A stretch of DNA of 64,000 bases from Puccinia triticina (lineage: Eukaryota). Shown here in pieces: positions 63,901 to 64,000 of this stretch. The DNA is taken from assembly GCA_026914245.1 (NCBI GenBank), contig CP110439.1, forward strand, positions 2,294,001 to 2,358,000. The letters run 5' to 3'. Every line of letters starts with the position of its first letter. Position 1 is the first letter of the stretch. The notes under the pieces are model-generated. The model was not told the DNA's origin. It did not search any database and saw nothing but the letters and a program-made list of their open reading frames with translations. The position numbers were made by a program, and so were the translations under genes.

Positions 63901-64000
63901 TACAGTGACCTTGACTACGTGGCCTGTCACATACTCTTGTAGATACTATTTAGAGTCATTCCATGTGTATGTAATGAAATCATCAATTCCTTGAGCTCTA

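Overview
Repeat-dominated eukaryotic DNA, most likely from a rust fungus (Pucciniales, Puccinia-like). This is inferred from ~70-90 nt GT-AG introns, a basidiomycete-type STE3 receptor and the TE families present. I can support only two host genes: a 3-exon COX9 (31712-32066, +) and a 6-exon STE3-type pheromone receptor (51183-52757, +, ~395 aa). The rest is nested transposons, resolved here by terminal repeats and target-site duplications (TSDs). They include a 10-kb foldback CACTA element built from 173-bp repeats, and a 17.9-kb nested cluster (Ac/Ds-type hAT > Copia > further elements) just upstream of COX9. There are also several hATs, CACCA-ended elements with 3-bp TSDs, a young non-coding LTR element, a DIRS/Ngaro-like element and a Tad1-like LINE. 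Main observations: (1) a hAT and a CACTA nested in it are split into two halves of discordant orientation, recording an inversion that probably carries STE3, with a TSD-less 1-kb palindrome just upstream of STE3 as the candidate breakpoint; (2) a CAA-ended hAT group makes 7-bp TSDs; (3) several sequence-divergent minisatellite families share a ~44-48 bp two-hairpin architecture. Coordinates were read by eye; no alignments or database searches were run.
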